Shown here: positions 9,493 through 19,695 of the stretch, in pieces
How the letters are laid out: each line of letters starts with the position of its first letter
Position numbering within the stretch: the first letter of the stretch is position 1
From: a bacterium
GTDB lineage: Bacteria > UBA10199 > 2-02-FULL-50-16 > JAJFLM01
Reading direction: 5' to 3'
DNA: 64,000 nucleotides
Assembly: GCA_965216315.1 (NCBI GenBank)
Contig: CBDCFN010000015.1
Coordinates: forward strand, 160,001 to 224,000
Translations under genes and position numbers: made by a program
Notes under the pieces: generated by a model
What the model saw: only the letters and a program-made list of their open reading frames with translations
Databases searched by the model: none
Told to the model about the DNA's origin: nothing

Positions 9493-10361
9493 GGCAGCGT
9501 CTTGCGTTTGGTTGGAGTGGGGGGATCGCTGTCTTCGTCTTCAGTCTTCATGCGAATCACGTGATCCATGAAAACTGCGGGGTCGACGTAATAGATGCGG
9601 GCTTCATCGTCTTCCGCTTCGCCGACGGGCGTGAGGCTATTCGGATCATAAAGCTGGCCTTCTTCAGCCTTTTCATCGGCCTCGTCTTCAACGCGATTAA
9701 GCACAAACGGTTGACCTTCCTCCATAACCTCGCTCAGAGCTTCACCGACACAGCTCCCCGCATCTTTCACCTCGATAGCATAGATCGCCCAGTAGACGAC
9801 ATTACCCAGCGTTCCGTTAACCTTAATGCTGTAGAGACCTGACTCGACACCCGCCTTAAACCGAAACTTAATCGTTCCATCGGCTTCAACGGGCAACTGA
9901 TAGCCCGGTTTACCTGGATCCGCATCTCCGGGGGTTATCGTCAACCCTAAGTCAGCAATCGACGGAGAACCACTGACACCATCTTTCTCGATAAAGAGAT
10001 CCACCGTCGGCCCATCACTCATCGGCTCAACGGTTCTCACTTCGGTCTCCGACCATTCGACCGTTTGGCCTTCGGTATAACTGCAGAGCGGTTCGCGAGA
10101 CAGAACGAGCCGCAGACATTCATAATCCGTCGCGGCACGACAATCGATTTGGGGAATTGGGGCTGCGACCTGGTGATCCGTTTCTCCGGGACCCGCGAGC
10201 GGGGGAGTATCCATCGCTTCGCTACTCCCGCCGACATCGACACCTTCCGCACCTTCGGTGATGGTTGCACCGGTCGCGGCCGGACCACCGCCGGTCTCAA
10301 AACAGGCACAAATGAAAACAATCACGATGAGAGGGTAAAATATACGCATTCCGCCAGACAC
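9489..10361 (-). CDS. Acidic hypothetical lipoprotein
   Basis: MRIFYPLIVIVFICAC signal/lipobox; start is GTG 10361 or ATG 10349; GAGGAG SD. Confidence 0.7.
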   Translation of the reverse strand: MSGGMRIFYPLIVIVFICACFETGGGPAATGATITEGAEGVDVGGSSEAMDTPPLAGPGETDHQVAAPIPQIDCRAATDYECLRLVLSREPLCSYTEGQTVEWSETEVRTVEPMSDGPTVDLFIEKDGVSGSPSIADLGLTITPGDADPGKPGYQLPVEADGTIKFRFKAGVESGLYSIKVNGTLGNVVYWAIYAIEVKDAGSCVGEALSEVMEEGQPFVLNRVEDEADEKAEEGQLYDPNSLTPVGEAEDDEARIYYVDPAVFMDHVIRMKTEDEDSDPPTPTKRKTLP

Positions 10362-10376
10362 TCCTCAGTGTAACAA

Positions 10377-10404
10377 TTATCGGCCGGAGGCTCCACTAAG
10401 TTGC
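10377..10404 (-). promoter_or_regulatory. Sigma-28-like promoter GCAAC-N15-GCCGATAA
   Basis: Perfect sigma-28 -10 element (GCCGATAA) about 15 nt upstream of CDS 10361. Confidence 0.6.
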
Positions 10405-10472
10405 ATTATTAAGCGCATTGAATCCAATAAATATTTCTTAATAATATTAGCAACTTAGTGGGCCTGTCCCGG

Positions 10473-10730
10473 CTAATCTTCAATACGCTGTCCCGACGCC
10501 CTTTGCGGACTCGATGCGCCCCGTCGTGCCGCCGTCAGCGGCGCCGCGCGTCCTTCACACATCAGCGTCAGCTTCTTCAGCGAATGGTCATCGGTCCCCG
10601 TAATCTCCAGCGTACACGCCTCATCGGCATGCTCCGCTTGGGCCGTATGAATTTCATCCCGACACGCCGGCCAGGATTTGGGATCATCAAGCGTATAAAC
10701 ACAAGTCTCAACAGTTCTTACATCAGGCAT
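10473..10730 (-). CDS. Small hypothetical protein (4 Cys)
   Basis: 85-aa ORF with GGAGGAG SD and an upstream promoter motif. Confidence 0.55.
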   Translation of the reverse strand: MPDVRTVETCVYTLDDPKSWPACRDEIHTAQAEHADEACTLEITGTDDHSLKKLTLMCEGRAAPLTAARRGASSPQRASGQRIED

Positions 10731-10774
10731 AGTCTCTCCTCCATAGTTTCGTTAGCCGCTACACACAGTTTTAG

Positions 10775-10800
10775 TTATCGTCGAACACTGGCAAGAGTTG
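10775..10800 (-). promoter_or_regulatory. Sigma-28-like promoter CAAC-N14-GACGATAA
   Basis: Upstream of CDS 10730. Confidence 0.5.
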
Positions 10801-10874
10801 TGGAAACCCTAAAGGGATTGGGATATTTGTGTCTAATTTATTAGACTATAGAAATGACTAGAATAGGTAGCTAA

Positions 10875-11456
10875 TTAGCCGCCAAAATAAGCAGGGGCAT
10901 TGCCCGCCTTCCATTTGATATTGCAGCCGATCGAAGGCGTTTGCTCGGCCGGCACTTCTTTGCCGGCGATCACTTGATCTGCCGCCGCGCGCATATCCTC
11001 CCCCGTGACCGGGATATCGTTGCTCGGTCGGCTCGCATCAAACTGCCCGCGATAAGCGAGCTTGTGGTTCTTATCGAAGAGGAAAAAATCCGGCGTGCAG
11101 GCCGCAGTGTAGGCCTTGGCGACCTCTTGCGTTTCATCATATAAATAATGAAACTTATATCCCCGACTCTCCACTTCCGCCTTCATCTTCTCCGGACTGT
11201 CATCGGGATGGGTTTCCACGTCATTACTATTGATCCCGACAACCTTCAGGCCTTTCGCTTCGTATTCGCTGGCAAATGCCGCTAACGCGTCTGCAATGTG
11301 TTTCACGAAAGGACAGTGATTGCAGATGAACATGACGAGGAGAGGCTGGTTGGAATAATCACTTAATGAGACCGTCATGCCGCTGACGACATCGGGAAGA
11401 GAAAAGTCCGGGGCCGGTGTCCCCAGGGACAACATCGTGGATTCAGTCATGACCAT
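10875..11456 (-). CDS. Thioredoxin-fold AhpC/TSA (redoxin) family protein
   Basis: APDFSLPD, FICNHCPFV, ACTPDFF and SIGCNIKW. Confidence 0.92.
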   Translation of the reverse strand: MVMTESTMLSLGTPAPDFSLPDVVSGMTVSLSDYSNQPLLVMFICNHCPFVKHIADALAAFASEYEAKGLKVVGINSNDVETHPDDSPEKMKAEVESRGYKFHYLYDETQEVAKAYTAACTPDFFLFDKNHKLAYRGQFDASRPSNDIPVTGEDMRAAADQVIAGKEVPAEQTPSIGCNIKWKAGNAPAYFGG

Positions 11457-11522
11457 GGTCGCCTCCTCACGTAGTCCCTATAGTAAAGACGAGAATCTGG
11501 CTCAGGTCAATGAAAGAGATGC

Positions 11523-14500
11523 TTAGTCCATCGTCCCCGTACGCGGCAGGAGAATTCCCGTGTCGTAGAGGGCTTGAATCCCGTCCGTTCCAAAGACTTC
11601 GGTAAGGCGTTCAACGCCAAAACCGAGCTCAACTAAATGACGCGCCAGGTCCAATTGAAGCTCCAACTCTTGCCGCGCTATTAGGTCCGGCATTGTCGGT
11701 TCACTACCGGTACCTTCAAATGAGAAAATATAGGGAACCGAACCACTCTCCGTTGTCAGCTGAAGCTGAACCGTGGAAGCCTCTGAGTCGATATGATACG
11801 TCAGGGCAGCTTGGCCATTATTGTCTCGTGACGCGAGCATCAAACCGCCCAGAGTCAGGTTGAGATTGAGAAGTTGAGCGTCGCGTTCGTTCGCCTCATT
11901 CCTGCGGGCTTCCTCGCGCGCCCGAAACTCAGGCGTCCAGATGACATTAAAGACAGGAAGCAACTCACGTAAATAGTAGCTTTCTAAGCTCTCGCGAGTC
12001 TCTGGTGTACTCGCCTCATCATCAACGTCACGCACGCGCATGAATTCGCTCATCAGGTTTGCCAGTTGTTCAATCGGCTGCCGTAACTCGACATAGCGTT
12101 CCGGCGCATGCTGATAACGCGAGATGATGTGGTTCGCATATGTTTCCACTCGGGAAAGTTCCGATACCCAAAAGTTGTTATCATCAACCAAAGCTTCTTC
12201 GTTACGCACACCTTTCCCTTCGACAACAGTCACTTCGGTCGCGGCTTCTACCGGACGGATCGCGACAGCGTCCATCGCTATTACCGGAGTCACCTCGGGT
12301 TCCTGCATCGAGATCGGTTCAACGGGTATATCCACTGCGTCGTGGAGGCTCATCGCTGTTTTGGCCTCGTCACCGCGGGTCGGATGGATATGATAACCCG
12401 TCCCTCCGGCCTCGATGGCCGCTTGCATTTCCTCAGCACGCCGCAAATCATCGGCGGCCATAATCCGACTGGCCTCATCTAGAAGATCCCTGCGCGTCCG
12501 CGACTCGCCAAAATCAATCAAGCGCAACTCGACTCCATCCCAAACGACATTGGCTGGACTCACATCGTTGTGAAAAACACCGATGTCGTGGAGTTGGCTT
12601 AAATTGTCTGCAAAACGATCCCACGCCTCGGTCGGAATCTCCGCGCGCTCTTCCACCGTTAATCGATCGAGACTCTCGCCCGGAACACGACTGATGATTA
12701 AGGCATCCGGGCGCACGCGGCCGATCAAAGCGGGAGTAAATCCCTCCATTCCGTTGAACTGAATCCACGCCAGAGCGTTTTGCTCAAAATTTAACGCGGT
12801 CGGTAAGGCGATCTTGGTCTGGTTGCCGTCCCCGTTGTCACGGAGATCGCCGGTGTAGAAATTTTCATGTTGAGTGGGATAGAGACGCGGGGCATCATCA
12901 GGCGCCAGTTGGACAGGACGAAGTTCGCCGAGGATGCGCGCGTAGTAAGTATCGCCAATTAAAATCGTATCGCCTTCCATCAGGCTATAATCTTGGCCAT
13001 CCGTGCGTTCCCTACCATTGATCGTTAGCGTGCCCTCCGTCGCCTGTACCCACATTTCGCCATCATCGATCTCATAGCGAATTCCTTCTAAGATACTTCC
13101 GTCGGCTTCGATGGGAATCGGACGGGCCTGATCCATCCGAGTAGAGGTCACATGAAAAATACCGTTGCCGCGGTCTACAAAGGTAATCTCATGTTGGTTA
13201 AATCCGGAACGGGTACGCGCTTTACCTAATGGTGTCGCCAAGAAAGCCTCTTCCAAGGAGTGACCTTCAGCCATGGCCTCACGTAGCGCAGCATCGGTTT
13301 CTGGATTCGCAACTTTCGTAATAATGTAAGGCGCGTTTGCAGTCGCTATCTGAAACAGTGACGAGAAAACCCCGTTTTGTTGATGACCATCTACTGTCGA
13401 TGCCCCGATGATCCGAACTCCACCATCGGCTTCAACCTGGTACATAAAACTACCGATCTGTTCGTTTGCTCTAAAAGCTAGTAAACGGTATTGTCCTGGG
13501 CCAAGAGGCTCCGCTGCATAGCGATCAATGTAAAAATCAGCTTCGGGTTGAATCCCAAGGATTTCTCTAGTGAAGCCCTCTCCGAGCACCGATGCCAATT
13601 CAGAGGACGACCATTGGTCTTGGAATAAACGAGTCAAAGCAAATTCATAGCGTCCTTGAGGGCTGTCAGAAATTATCAACCAAACATCACTCCGGCTAAG
13701 GTAATCCGTTACGCGCTCTGCCCAGCGCCTTTCAAACTCGGTCCGCACATCAGGAGAAAGCAGATCATAGCTATTGACCTCCGCTTCAACTAAGAGGCCG
13801 GATATTTCATCTGTCAGCCTGCTCCTTTCCTGTTCGATGAATCGTTGCCGGGACCAGTCCGGCAGCATCGATAACGATACTGAATCGTGGCGATCAATCA
13901 ATTGATCGACGACGGCCCCCAAACTGGGTGAGTTTCTATGTACTGGCAGTGCCGCATCGACCAGTGCCTGGACTTGGGCCTCTATATTTCCAAGATCTCC
14001 ATGGTTGCGACGGCCATTTTGACCGGTCTTGAATTCGCCCGCAACACCCCCATTATCGGCGTGATAATATTCCGTGCGAAGCACATCCGCAGAAATATCA
14101 ATGCCGTATTCGTCGCGCAAAATTCGTTGCGCCCGGCGCGCAATCTCCCGCGCATGTCTATTTTCACGCTGGTTGCGATCGGACATGGGATCGGCATCTT
14201 CATAGCCGTAATAAATTCCGCTGCCATCATCCGACCCGAAGATCGCCATCGCCATCGAAAGACCACCGTCGAAAACCGTTGCAAGAACCCCAGCGAGCGG
14301 TACAAGACATGTCATGGCTTGTTGTCCGGGCCCTGCTTCCGCGAGGTTAAAATCAGGCAAAGTCGTCATTTCCAACCAGTGATCGAACTCAATGATCGGC
14401 GTTAGCTCAGGCACAACATTCTCTTGCCGGGGGCGACGGACAAGAGACCCGCTGTTCATCAAACCACCCGCACGGATGAGACCGACCGTCATGAAGTGAT

Positions 14501-17201
14501 TCCAGAGCCCCTCCCCACTTAAGTTCTGTTCCAAGATTTCGAGAAACGAATACGCCTCATCCCCCCACAAAGGCCGGAGTTGACCGAGTGTACTGTCGAG
14601 AACGATGTTTTCCGTTACCGCCGCGCCGACATCCGCCAAGACATTCATGGTCCGCACGCCAAACTCGGCACCATTATAAAGTCGGCGCAACCAAAAAGTA
14701 TCGGCCGAGAAACCCATCCTTGCCAAATCATCCGCCCACATCATGAAGGGACGACCGACGAGATCGAGGGCTCCAAAGAGCCCGATCGACTGGACATAGC
14801 CAAAGCCAAAGCTCAAGGCGTGTTGCCCACCGGTTCTCTCTAAGTCAATGCGCCGCTCGCCGTGCGCCAGTGAATCAATCACAATCGCGGAACTTTCAAA
14901 GAGCGTCCCCATTTGAAACGCGTTGTAGGCATAACCGCCGATACTCAAACCACCAGTCGCATTGAGACCACGGGTTGTCCCCAAGATCGCTCGGAGGCGC
15001 GTCATCGCGGTGGCCGTCTGGGTTACTTGCGCCGTCTCATGAAAGGTGACCCAATAACGCCCTAACGACGTCCCGACGCGCGAAGCGACAGCTCCAACCC
15101 CGAAGGTGACAACGACCATCGCCGTCGTCTCGATCAGGCGGACCATCGCATCGCGGCCCTCATTCATTTCGAGGATCTGATTGACCATGCCGTCGTAGTA
15201 GTCATCGTCGGGATCACCGTTGCCGAGTAGATCCTGAAAAAAGACTTCCTCGGATCCGAAGCGATCCGCCATGACCGCGATGTCATGATCCGCCTCAAGG
15301 AAGGCCGCTTCGATCTCCTCCGGAGTCCGCGCATCGGCCAGATCATTCAAGGCACTGTCGAGATGATTCAGCCGCGAATAACACTCTTCGCCGAAGGCAC
15401 GCAGATAGGCCAATGATTCATCTTCCAAAAAGATCTCATCCCAATCGATGAGATTGACGTTATGGTACTGACCGACGATTTCGCGGACGTCCCAGAGCGT
15501 GTTCATGCGATCGACGATCGAGGCCATGCGTAAGATCCGGTTGAATTCTGCGGTCATCGCCTCAAAATCATTCGGATCCGCACTTAAGAATTGTTCGAAG
15601 GCCTCTCCAACCGGCCGGTCAAAATAAGCTGCCATCGCATACGCATGATCGCCATGACTTGTGTCTTGTGGAGGGAGTCCGGCCAACATGGCCTCACGTC
15701 CGTAGATCGAGTCCAACGTTTCAATCATGCTTTGATGAACGAATTCATTGTATGGCGTCGCCAAACTCGAAAAATCAATTTCACCCGCACTCCCTAAGGC
15801 GACGGAACAATCCCTTTGAAGCTGGGTAATCTCACTGGATCCGGCACGATGAGGCTCGAGCGCAACGATGCTGGCAAACAGCGCCACGTCCTGCACACTC
15901 ATTTCGTCGGCGTACTGTTCGGCAAGGAAATCGATAGCGCAATTAATCGGTTCGCGCCACTGGCCGTTCGATTGACGTTCGCGCCAGTCGGCAGGTCGAT
16001 ACACATCTTGAGCATAGTGAACGAGCCAGGCACTGGTCTGAACTTCGAGCTCCGCAAGAACTTCCGGATCTTCCTCGACAAGGGCTAACTGAAGTTGATT
16101 GCGCAACATCGTCAACTCACGTCGTCGCTGCGAATTACCGATCCCATACAATTCAATTATGTTCAGTGATGCGATCAATACCTCGGCTTCGTTTTCAGAT
16201 TCTTGATAATTACTGATCACATCAATCTGGGCGCGCACCAGCGCCGTCAACGTGACATCTTCGTGCATATCATCCCAGTCCTCCCGACGCCGTTTCGTCT
16301 CATGAATATCGAGCACATTCTCAAGATAGGCGAGGGCGACGTAGTTTTCACCGACGTGGGGAATGCTCAGCTGTCTCGTCAGCTCATCGATGCGATCCAA
16401 ATCTTGATAGCTCAAAGGTTGATTGACGCGCACAACCTGCTGGAGCAGGCCCCGGGACTCGGAAGCTATATAATTAAAACGGAAGCGTTCGTCAGCACTA
16501 ACCGAAGGATTGTCTGTCAGGGCCTCATAAAGGAAAGGATGAGCCTCACGAACGGCCGATATGACATCCGATTCGGGATCCAACCCGCTTAACTGATCAC
16601 TATAAGTAGCGGCCGTATGAATATAGGGTTCACTAGCTTCGGCATAGGCTGCAATTGACTCGAGCATCGCACGATGGGCTTCCATTGATTCCTCGTTACC
16701 CAAGGCCGCCTGTAATTCACGCATTAGGCGCGTAGGAACTCCCTCAGCCAGCAATCCATTCTCCAAGGCATAAAGTTGTTCGGTCTCAAACCACAGCTGT
16801 AATTCAAGCTCTAATTGTGCTCTCAGTATTTCTATATCCGCACCCGACTCAAGCTCTGAGCGACCACGGGCGACGATCGTGCTTAGCACGATCGCGCCCG
16901 CTTCGCTCAATGGGCACTCCGGGAATAGTGCGCAAAGAGCTTCCAATTCATTAAGAAGTTCTTCCAGCGATTCCGCTGACACTGTGCCGGCTGTCTCGAT
17001 ACGATCGCGCTCCGCAAACAAACTCGTTTGATGCTGCAGGGCCGTTGTCGCATCGACATCAAAAACCGTTACCTCATCAGGCTCAAAAGTGACGACTTCG
17101 ACCGGCACGTCCGGCGTCGTAGAAGTTGTTGTCTCTTCCGACGTCAGTAACGAATCCGGCATCGGACCTAAATGTGTTGTGATGGATGAAAACCAAGTCA
17201 T
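11523..17201 (-). CDS. Giant acidic, lysine-depleted multidomain protein with a protein-kinase-like domain
   Basis: 1892-aa ORF; HNDVSPANVVWD...LIDFG kinase motifs; central hydrophobic Gly/Ala segments; FHA-like GTLTING..LMEGDTILIG. Confidence 0.8.
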   Translation of the reverse strand: MTWFSSITTHLGPMPDSLLTSEETTTSTTPDVPVEVVTFEPDEVTVFDVDATTALQHQTSLFAERDRIETAGTVSAESLEELLNELEALCALFPECPLSEAGAIVLSTIVARGRSELESGADIEILRAQLELELQLWFETEQLYALENGLLAEGVPTRLMRELQAALGNEESMEAHRAMLESIAAYAEASEPYIHTAATYSDQLSGLDPESDVISAVREAHPFLYEALTDNPSVSADERFRFNYIASESRGLLQQVVRVNQPLSYQDLDRIDELTRQLSIPHVGENYVALAYLENVLDIHETKRRREDWDDMHEDVTLTALVRAQIDVISNYQESENEAEVLIASLNIIELYGIGNSQRRRELTMLRNQLQLALVEEDPEVLAELEVQTSAWLVHYAQDVYRPADWRERQSNGQWREPINCAIDFLAEQYADEMSVQDVALFASIVALEPHRAGSSEITQLQRDCSVALGSAGEIDFSSLATPYNEFVHQSMIETLDSIYGREAMLAGLPPQDTSHGDHAYAMAAYFDRPVGEAFEQFLSADPNDFEAMTAEFNRILRMASIVDRMNTLWDVREIVGQYHNVNLIDWDEIFLEDESLAYLRAFGEECYSRLNHLDSALNDLADARTPEEIEAAFLEADHDIAVMADRFGSEEVFFQDLLGNGDPDDDYYDGMVNQILEMNEGRDAMVRLIETTAMVVVTFGVGAVASRVGTSLGRYWVTFHETAQVTQTATAMTRLRAILGTTRGLNATGGLSIGGYAYNAFQMGTLFESSAIVIDSLAHGERRIDLERTGGQHALSFGFGYVQSIGLFGALDLVGRPFMMWADDLARMGFSADTFWLRRLYNGAEFGVRTMNVLADVGAAVTENIVLDSTLGQLRPLWGDEAYSFLEILEQNLSGEGLWNHFMTVGLIRAGGLMNSGSLVRRPRQENVVPELTPIIEFDHWLEMTTLPDFNLAEAGPGQQAMTCLVPLAGVLATVFDGGLSMAMAIFGSDDGSGIYYGYEDADPMSDRNQRENRHAREIARRAQRILRDEYGIDISADVLRTEYYHADNGGVAGEFKTGQNGRRNHGDLGNIEAQVQALVDAALPVHRNSPSLGAVVDQLIDRHDSVSLSMLPDWSRQRFIEQERSRLTDEISGLLVEAEVNSYDLLSPDVRTEFERRWAERVTDYLSRSDVWLIISDSPQGRYEFALTRLFQDQWSSSELASVLGEGFTREILGIQPEADFYIDRYAAEPLGPGQYRLLAFRANEQIGSFMYQVEADGGVRIIGASTVDGHQQNGVFSSLFQIATANAPYIITKVANPETDAALREAMAEGHSLEEAFLATPLGKARTRSGFNQHEITFVDRGNGIFHVTSTRMDQARPIPIEADGSILEGIRYEIDDGEMWVQATEGTLTINGRERTDGQDYSLMEGDTILIGDTYYARILGELRPVQLAPDDAPRLYPTQHENFYTGDLRDNGDGNQTKIALPTALNFEQNALAWIQFNGMEGFTPALIGRVRPDALIISRVPGESLDRLTVEERAEIPTEAWDRFADNLSQLHDIGVFHNDVSPANVVWDGVELRLIDFGESRTRRDLLDEASRIMAADDLRRAEEMQAAIEAGGTGYHIHPTRGDEAKTAMSLHDAVDIPVEPISMQEPEVTPVIAMDAVAIRPVEAATEVTVVEGKGVRNEEALVDDNNFWVSELSRVETYANHIISRYQHAPERYVELRQPIEQLANLMSEFMRVRDVDDEASTPETRESLESYYLRELLPVFNVIWTPEFRAREEARRNEANERDAQLLNLNLTLGGLMLASRDNNGQAALTYHIDSEASTVQLQLTTESGSVPYIFSFEGTGSEPTMPDLIARQELELQLDLARHLVELGFGVERLTEVFGTDGIQALYDTGILLPRTGTMD

Positions 17202-17229
17202 ATCGCACCGCCCTTTAGGCCCCTACTAG

Positions 17230-17245
17230 AGCAATTGGCGTACCA
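17230..17245 (-). promoter_or_regulatory. Sigma-54 promoter
   Basis: TGGTAC-GCCAA-TTGCT (-24/-12) about 30 nt upstream of CDS 17201. Confidence 0.7.
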
Positions 17246-17411
17246 ACTCAGGCCCTCAATGGTGGTCGGGTAAACTTTTTTTAACTTATTAATATTATTG
17301 AGTTTTTAAGGAATTATGGAGCGCTCCACTCGACCGCGCCTACCGCTGCTTGGGGACAAGAAGGGGGCTTTTGAGGACTTTCAATTCCAGCTTTAAATAA
17401 AAACTGTCTAT

Positions 17412-17981
17412 TTAATTATACACTAAATTCCGAGCAATATAGGCAACCACAGAAGACGGTAAGAGGGCCTCCGGCCCGCGTTTTCCTTGTCCGTGTCCCC
17501 GGTATTGCGTACTCGAAACATTGGGAATTGCCGACTGAGGCCCGCGGGGGAAGACAATAAGGTCCGTAAGTTGTTCGATCGTCTTAAAATCCTTCCACTG
17601 GGCGCGCGCTTTATAGCTGTCCGCCCCGACGACGAGCATAAAGCGCGTCCCCGGATAACGTTGGGTCAGATGTTTCAAGGTCCGCACCGTATAACTCGTC
17701 CCTTTGAGGTCGGACTCGGTTTTCTTCACGGTCACTCGCGGCGAAAGATTGGAGAAAGCCAAGCGACACATATGAAAACGGGCCTGATAGGGAGCCATGT
17801 CCTTGGCAAAGGGATGGCGGTAGACAGGCACGATCCAAACCTGATCAATCTCTTTGTTTTTAAGTAAGGCCCGAACCATGGCAACGTGGCCCTTGTGGGG
17901 CGGGTTGAAGGCGCCGCCGAAGAGGGCGATGGTACGGCGTTTGAGCTTATCGTCAGGGCTTTTCTTGCGAATAATTCTCAT
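17412..17981 (-). CDS. nadD: Nicotinate-nucleotide adenylyltransferase
   Basis: FGGAFNPPHKGH (HxGH), SYTVRTL, VGADS and VSST. Confidence 0.9.
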   Translation of the reverse strand: MRIIRKKSPDDKLKRRTIALFGGAFNPPHKGHVAMVRALLKNKEIDQVWIVPVYRHPFAKDMAPYQARFHMCRLAFSNLSPRVTVKKTESDLKGTSYTVRTLKHLTQRYPGTRFMLVVGADSYKARAQWKDFKTIEQLTDLIVFPRGPQSAIPNVSSTQYRGHGQGKRGPEALLPSSVVAYIARNLVYN

Positions 17982-18005
17982 TAGTAATACTTTCTAGCCT
18001 TCATC

Positions 18006-18887
18006 ATGAAAATCAAAAGCGCCCTCATCGTCTATAAAAAAAGCAGCTACCAAAAAATGGTGCTCGAAGAGAAGTCTTCTTATTACAACCGTCTGGTCCG
18101 CGAAAACAACATCAGCGTACGTCAGTGGAAACAACTTCACAAGGAGCATCTCGCGACGATCAAACGGGTCGAAGCCTGTCTCCAGGAACACGGTATTCCC
18201 TTTAAGGCCTACAATCGCTTTAAAATCCGCCTGCCGGTCAAGGCAGACCTCATCATCACCGTCGGGGGCGACGGAACTTTTTTAGAGTCCTCTCATTACG
18301 CCACCAATCAAATTCTCTTTGGCGTCAACTCGACTCCAACGAGCAGTGTCGGTCACTTTACCGCCGTTCATGGGGTTGGCTTTGAAAAAAAGTTTAAACA
18401 ATTCCTCGCCGGACGTGCCCGGTTAAAAACACTCCAGCGCCTCCAAGCCCATTGTGGACGGACTAAACTGGGACCTCCGGTACTCAATGAGATTCTCTTT
18501 ACCAGTCGCAACGCCGGGGCCACATCCCGCTACTGGATGCGCGTCAATAAAGGCGCGCGCAAGGGGCGCTTCGAGGAACAGAAAAGCTCAGGCATCTGGG
18601 TCTCAACGCCTTCCGGCAGCACCGCCGCGATTCATTCCGCGGGGGGCAAACGCCTGCCGATGGAAGCCAACAAATTTTCCTATCGTATCCGCGAACTCTA
18701 CAAACAACGCGGCATCAAGCACCTCTATCGCAGCGACGTGTTGGGGCCGAAGGACGCGATCCAACTGACTGCCAAGATGGACGACGGGGCCCTTTTTATC
18801 GATGGGTCTCACGTGATCATTAAGGTAAGACGGGGGGAGACCTTGACGTTCAAGCTATCGACTAAACCGTTGCGTATCGTCGCCTAG
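18006..18887 (+). CDS. nadK: NAD(+) kinase
   Basis: VGGDGTFL, LNE and STPSGSTA motifs. Confidence 0.88.
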   Translation: MKIKSALIVYKKSSYQKMVLEEKSSYYNRLVRENNISVRQWKQLHKEHLATIKRVEACLQEHGIPFKAYNRFKIRLPVKADLIITVGGDGTFLESSHYATNQILFGVNSTPTSSVGHFTAVHGVGFEKKFKQFLAGRARLKTLQRLQAHCGRTKLGPPVLNEILFTSRNAGATSRYWMRVNKGARKGRFEEQKSSGIWVSTPSGSTAAIHSAGGKRLPMEANKFSYRIRELYKQRGIKHLYRSDVLGPKDAIQLTAKMDDGALFIDGSHVIIKVRRGETLTFKLSTKPLRIVA

Positions 18888-19693
18888 CGTCCCAATATTG
18901 TCAGGATTTCCGTCGCAGCCTCTTCGATGGCCTTATTGGTCATACTCACGACTGGGATATTGCCGAGCTGACTGAAGACACGGCGCTGAAAAGCCAGCTC
19001 TTCTTTAATGTAGTCAAGGTCCGCATAATCTTCATTGAGCGGGCGCCCGAGTTTCTGCAGGCGTGACGAGCGTAGATTAACCATCTTTTCCGCATCAATC
19101 ACCAAGCCGACCATCTTTTGCTTGTCGACATTTTTCAACTGCGCGGGCGGTTCCACGCCCATAACAAGGGGAACATTGGCCACCTTATACCCGCGATAGG
19201 CCAGATAGACCGACAACGGTGTTTTGGAAGTGCGCGAAATACCCAATAAAATAATATCGGCTTCATTAAGGGAATCAAGGCCTTGCCCATCATCGTGCTT
19301 CACCGTGTAGGTCATCATCTCGGTCCGTTTGAGATAGTCGCCCGTCATTTGATACTGCATGCCGGGTTGATCCGACGGAGCCAAATGCGCCTTATGTTCG
19401 ATGAGATCCATGACGGGTCCCATCACATCAACCGCCCTCACCCCTTGGGCCTTGGCCTCATCCAAGAGAACCTGCCTGAGTTCCGCGGAAACCAGCGTGT
19501 AAACGATGATGGCACCCGCCTCTTTAGCGGCTTTGACGACTTCGGTAACTTTTTCTTCGGTATTAACGATGGCCCGACGTTCAATATTGGAATTGAGATC
19601 CGGAAACTGACGCACCGCCGCTACGGTAATATTTACCGCTAAATCTCCGGTCGCATCCGATACGGCATAGATGATCATCTGCTCTGGCTGCAT
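18884..19693 (-). CDS. PEP synthase/pyruvate phosphate dikinase regulatory protein (DUF299)
   Basis: VSDATG, HDDG, GISRTSKTPLSVYLA and KAIEEAA. Confidence 0.92.
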   Translation of the reverse strand: MQPEQMIIYAVSDATGDLAVNITVAAVRQFPDLNSNIERRAIVNTEEKVTEVVKAAKEAGAIIVYTLVSAELRQVLLDEAKAQGVRAVDVMGPVMDLIEHKAHLAPSDQPGMQYQMTGDYLKRTEMMTYTVKHDDGQGLDSLNEADIILLGISRTSKTPLSVYLAYRGYKVANVPLVMGVEPPAQLKNVDKQKMVGLVIDAEKMVNLRSSRLQKLGRPLNEDYADLDYIKEELAFQRRVFSQLGNIPVVSMTNKAIEEAATEILTILGR

Positions 19694-19695
19694 CG

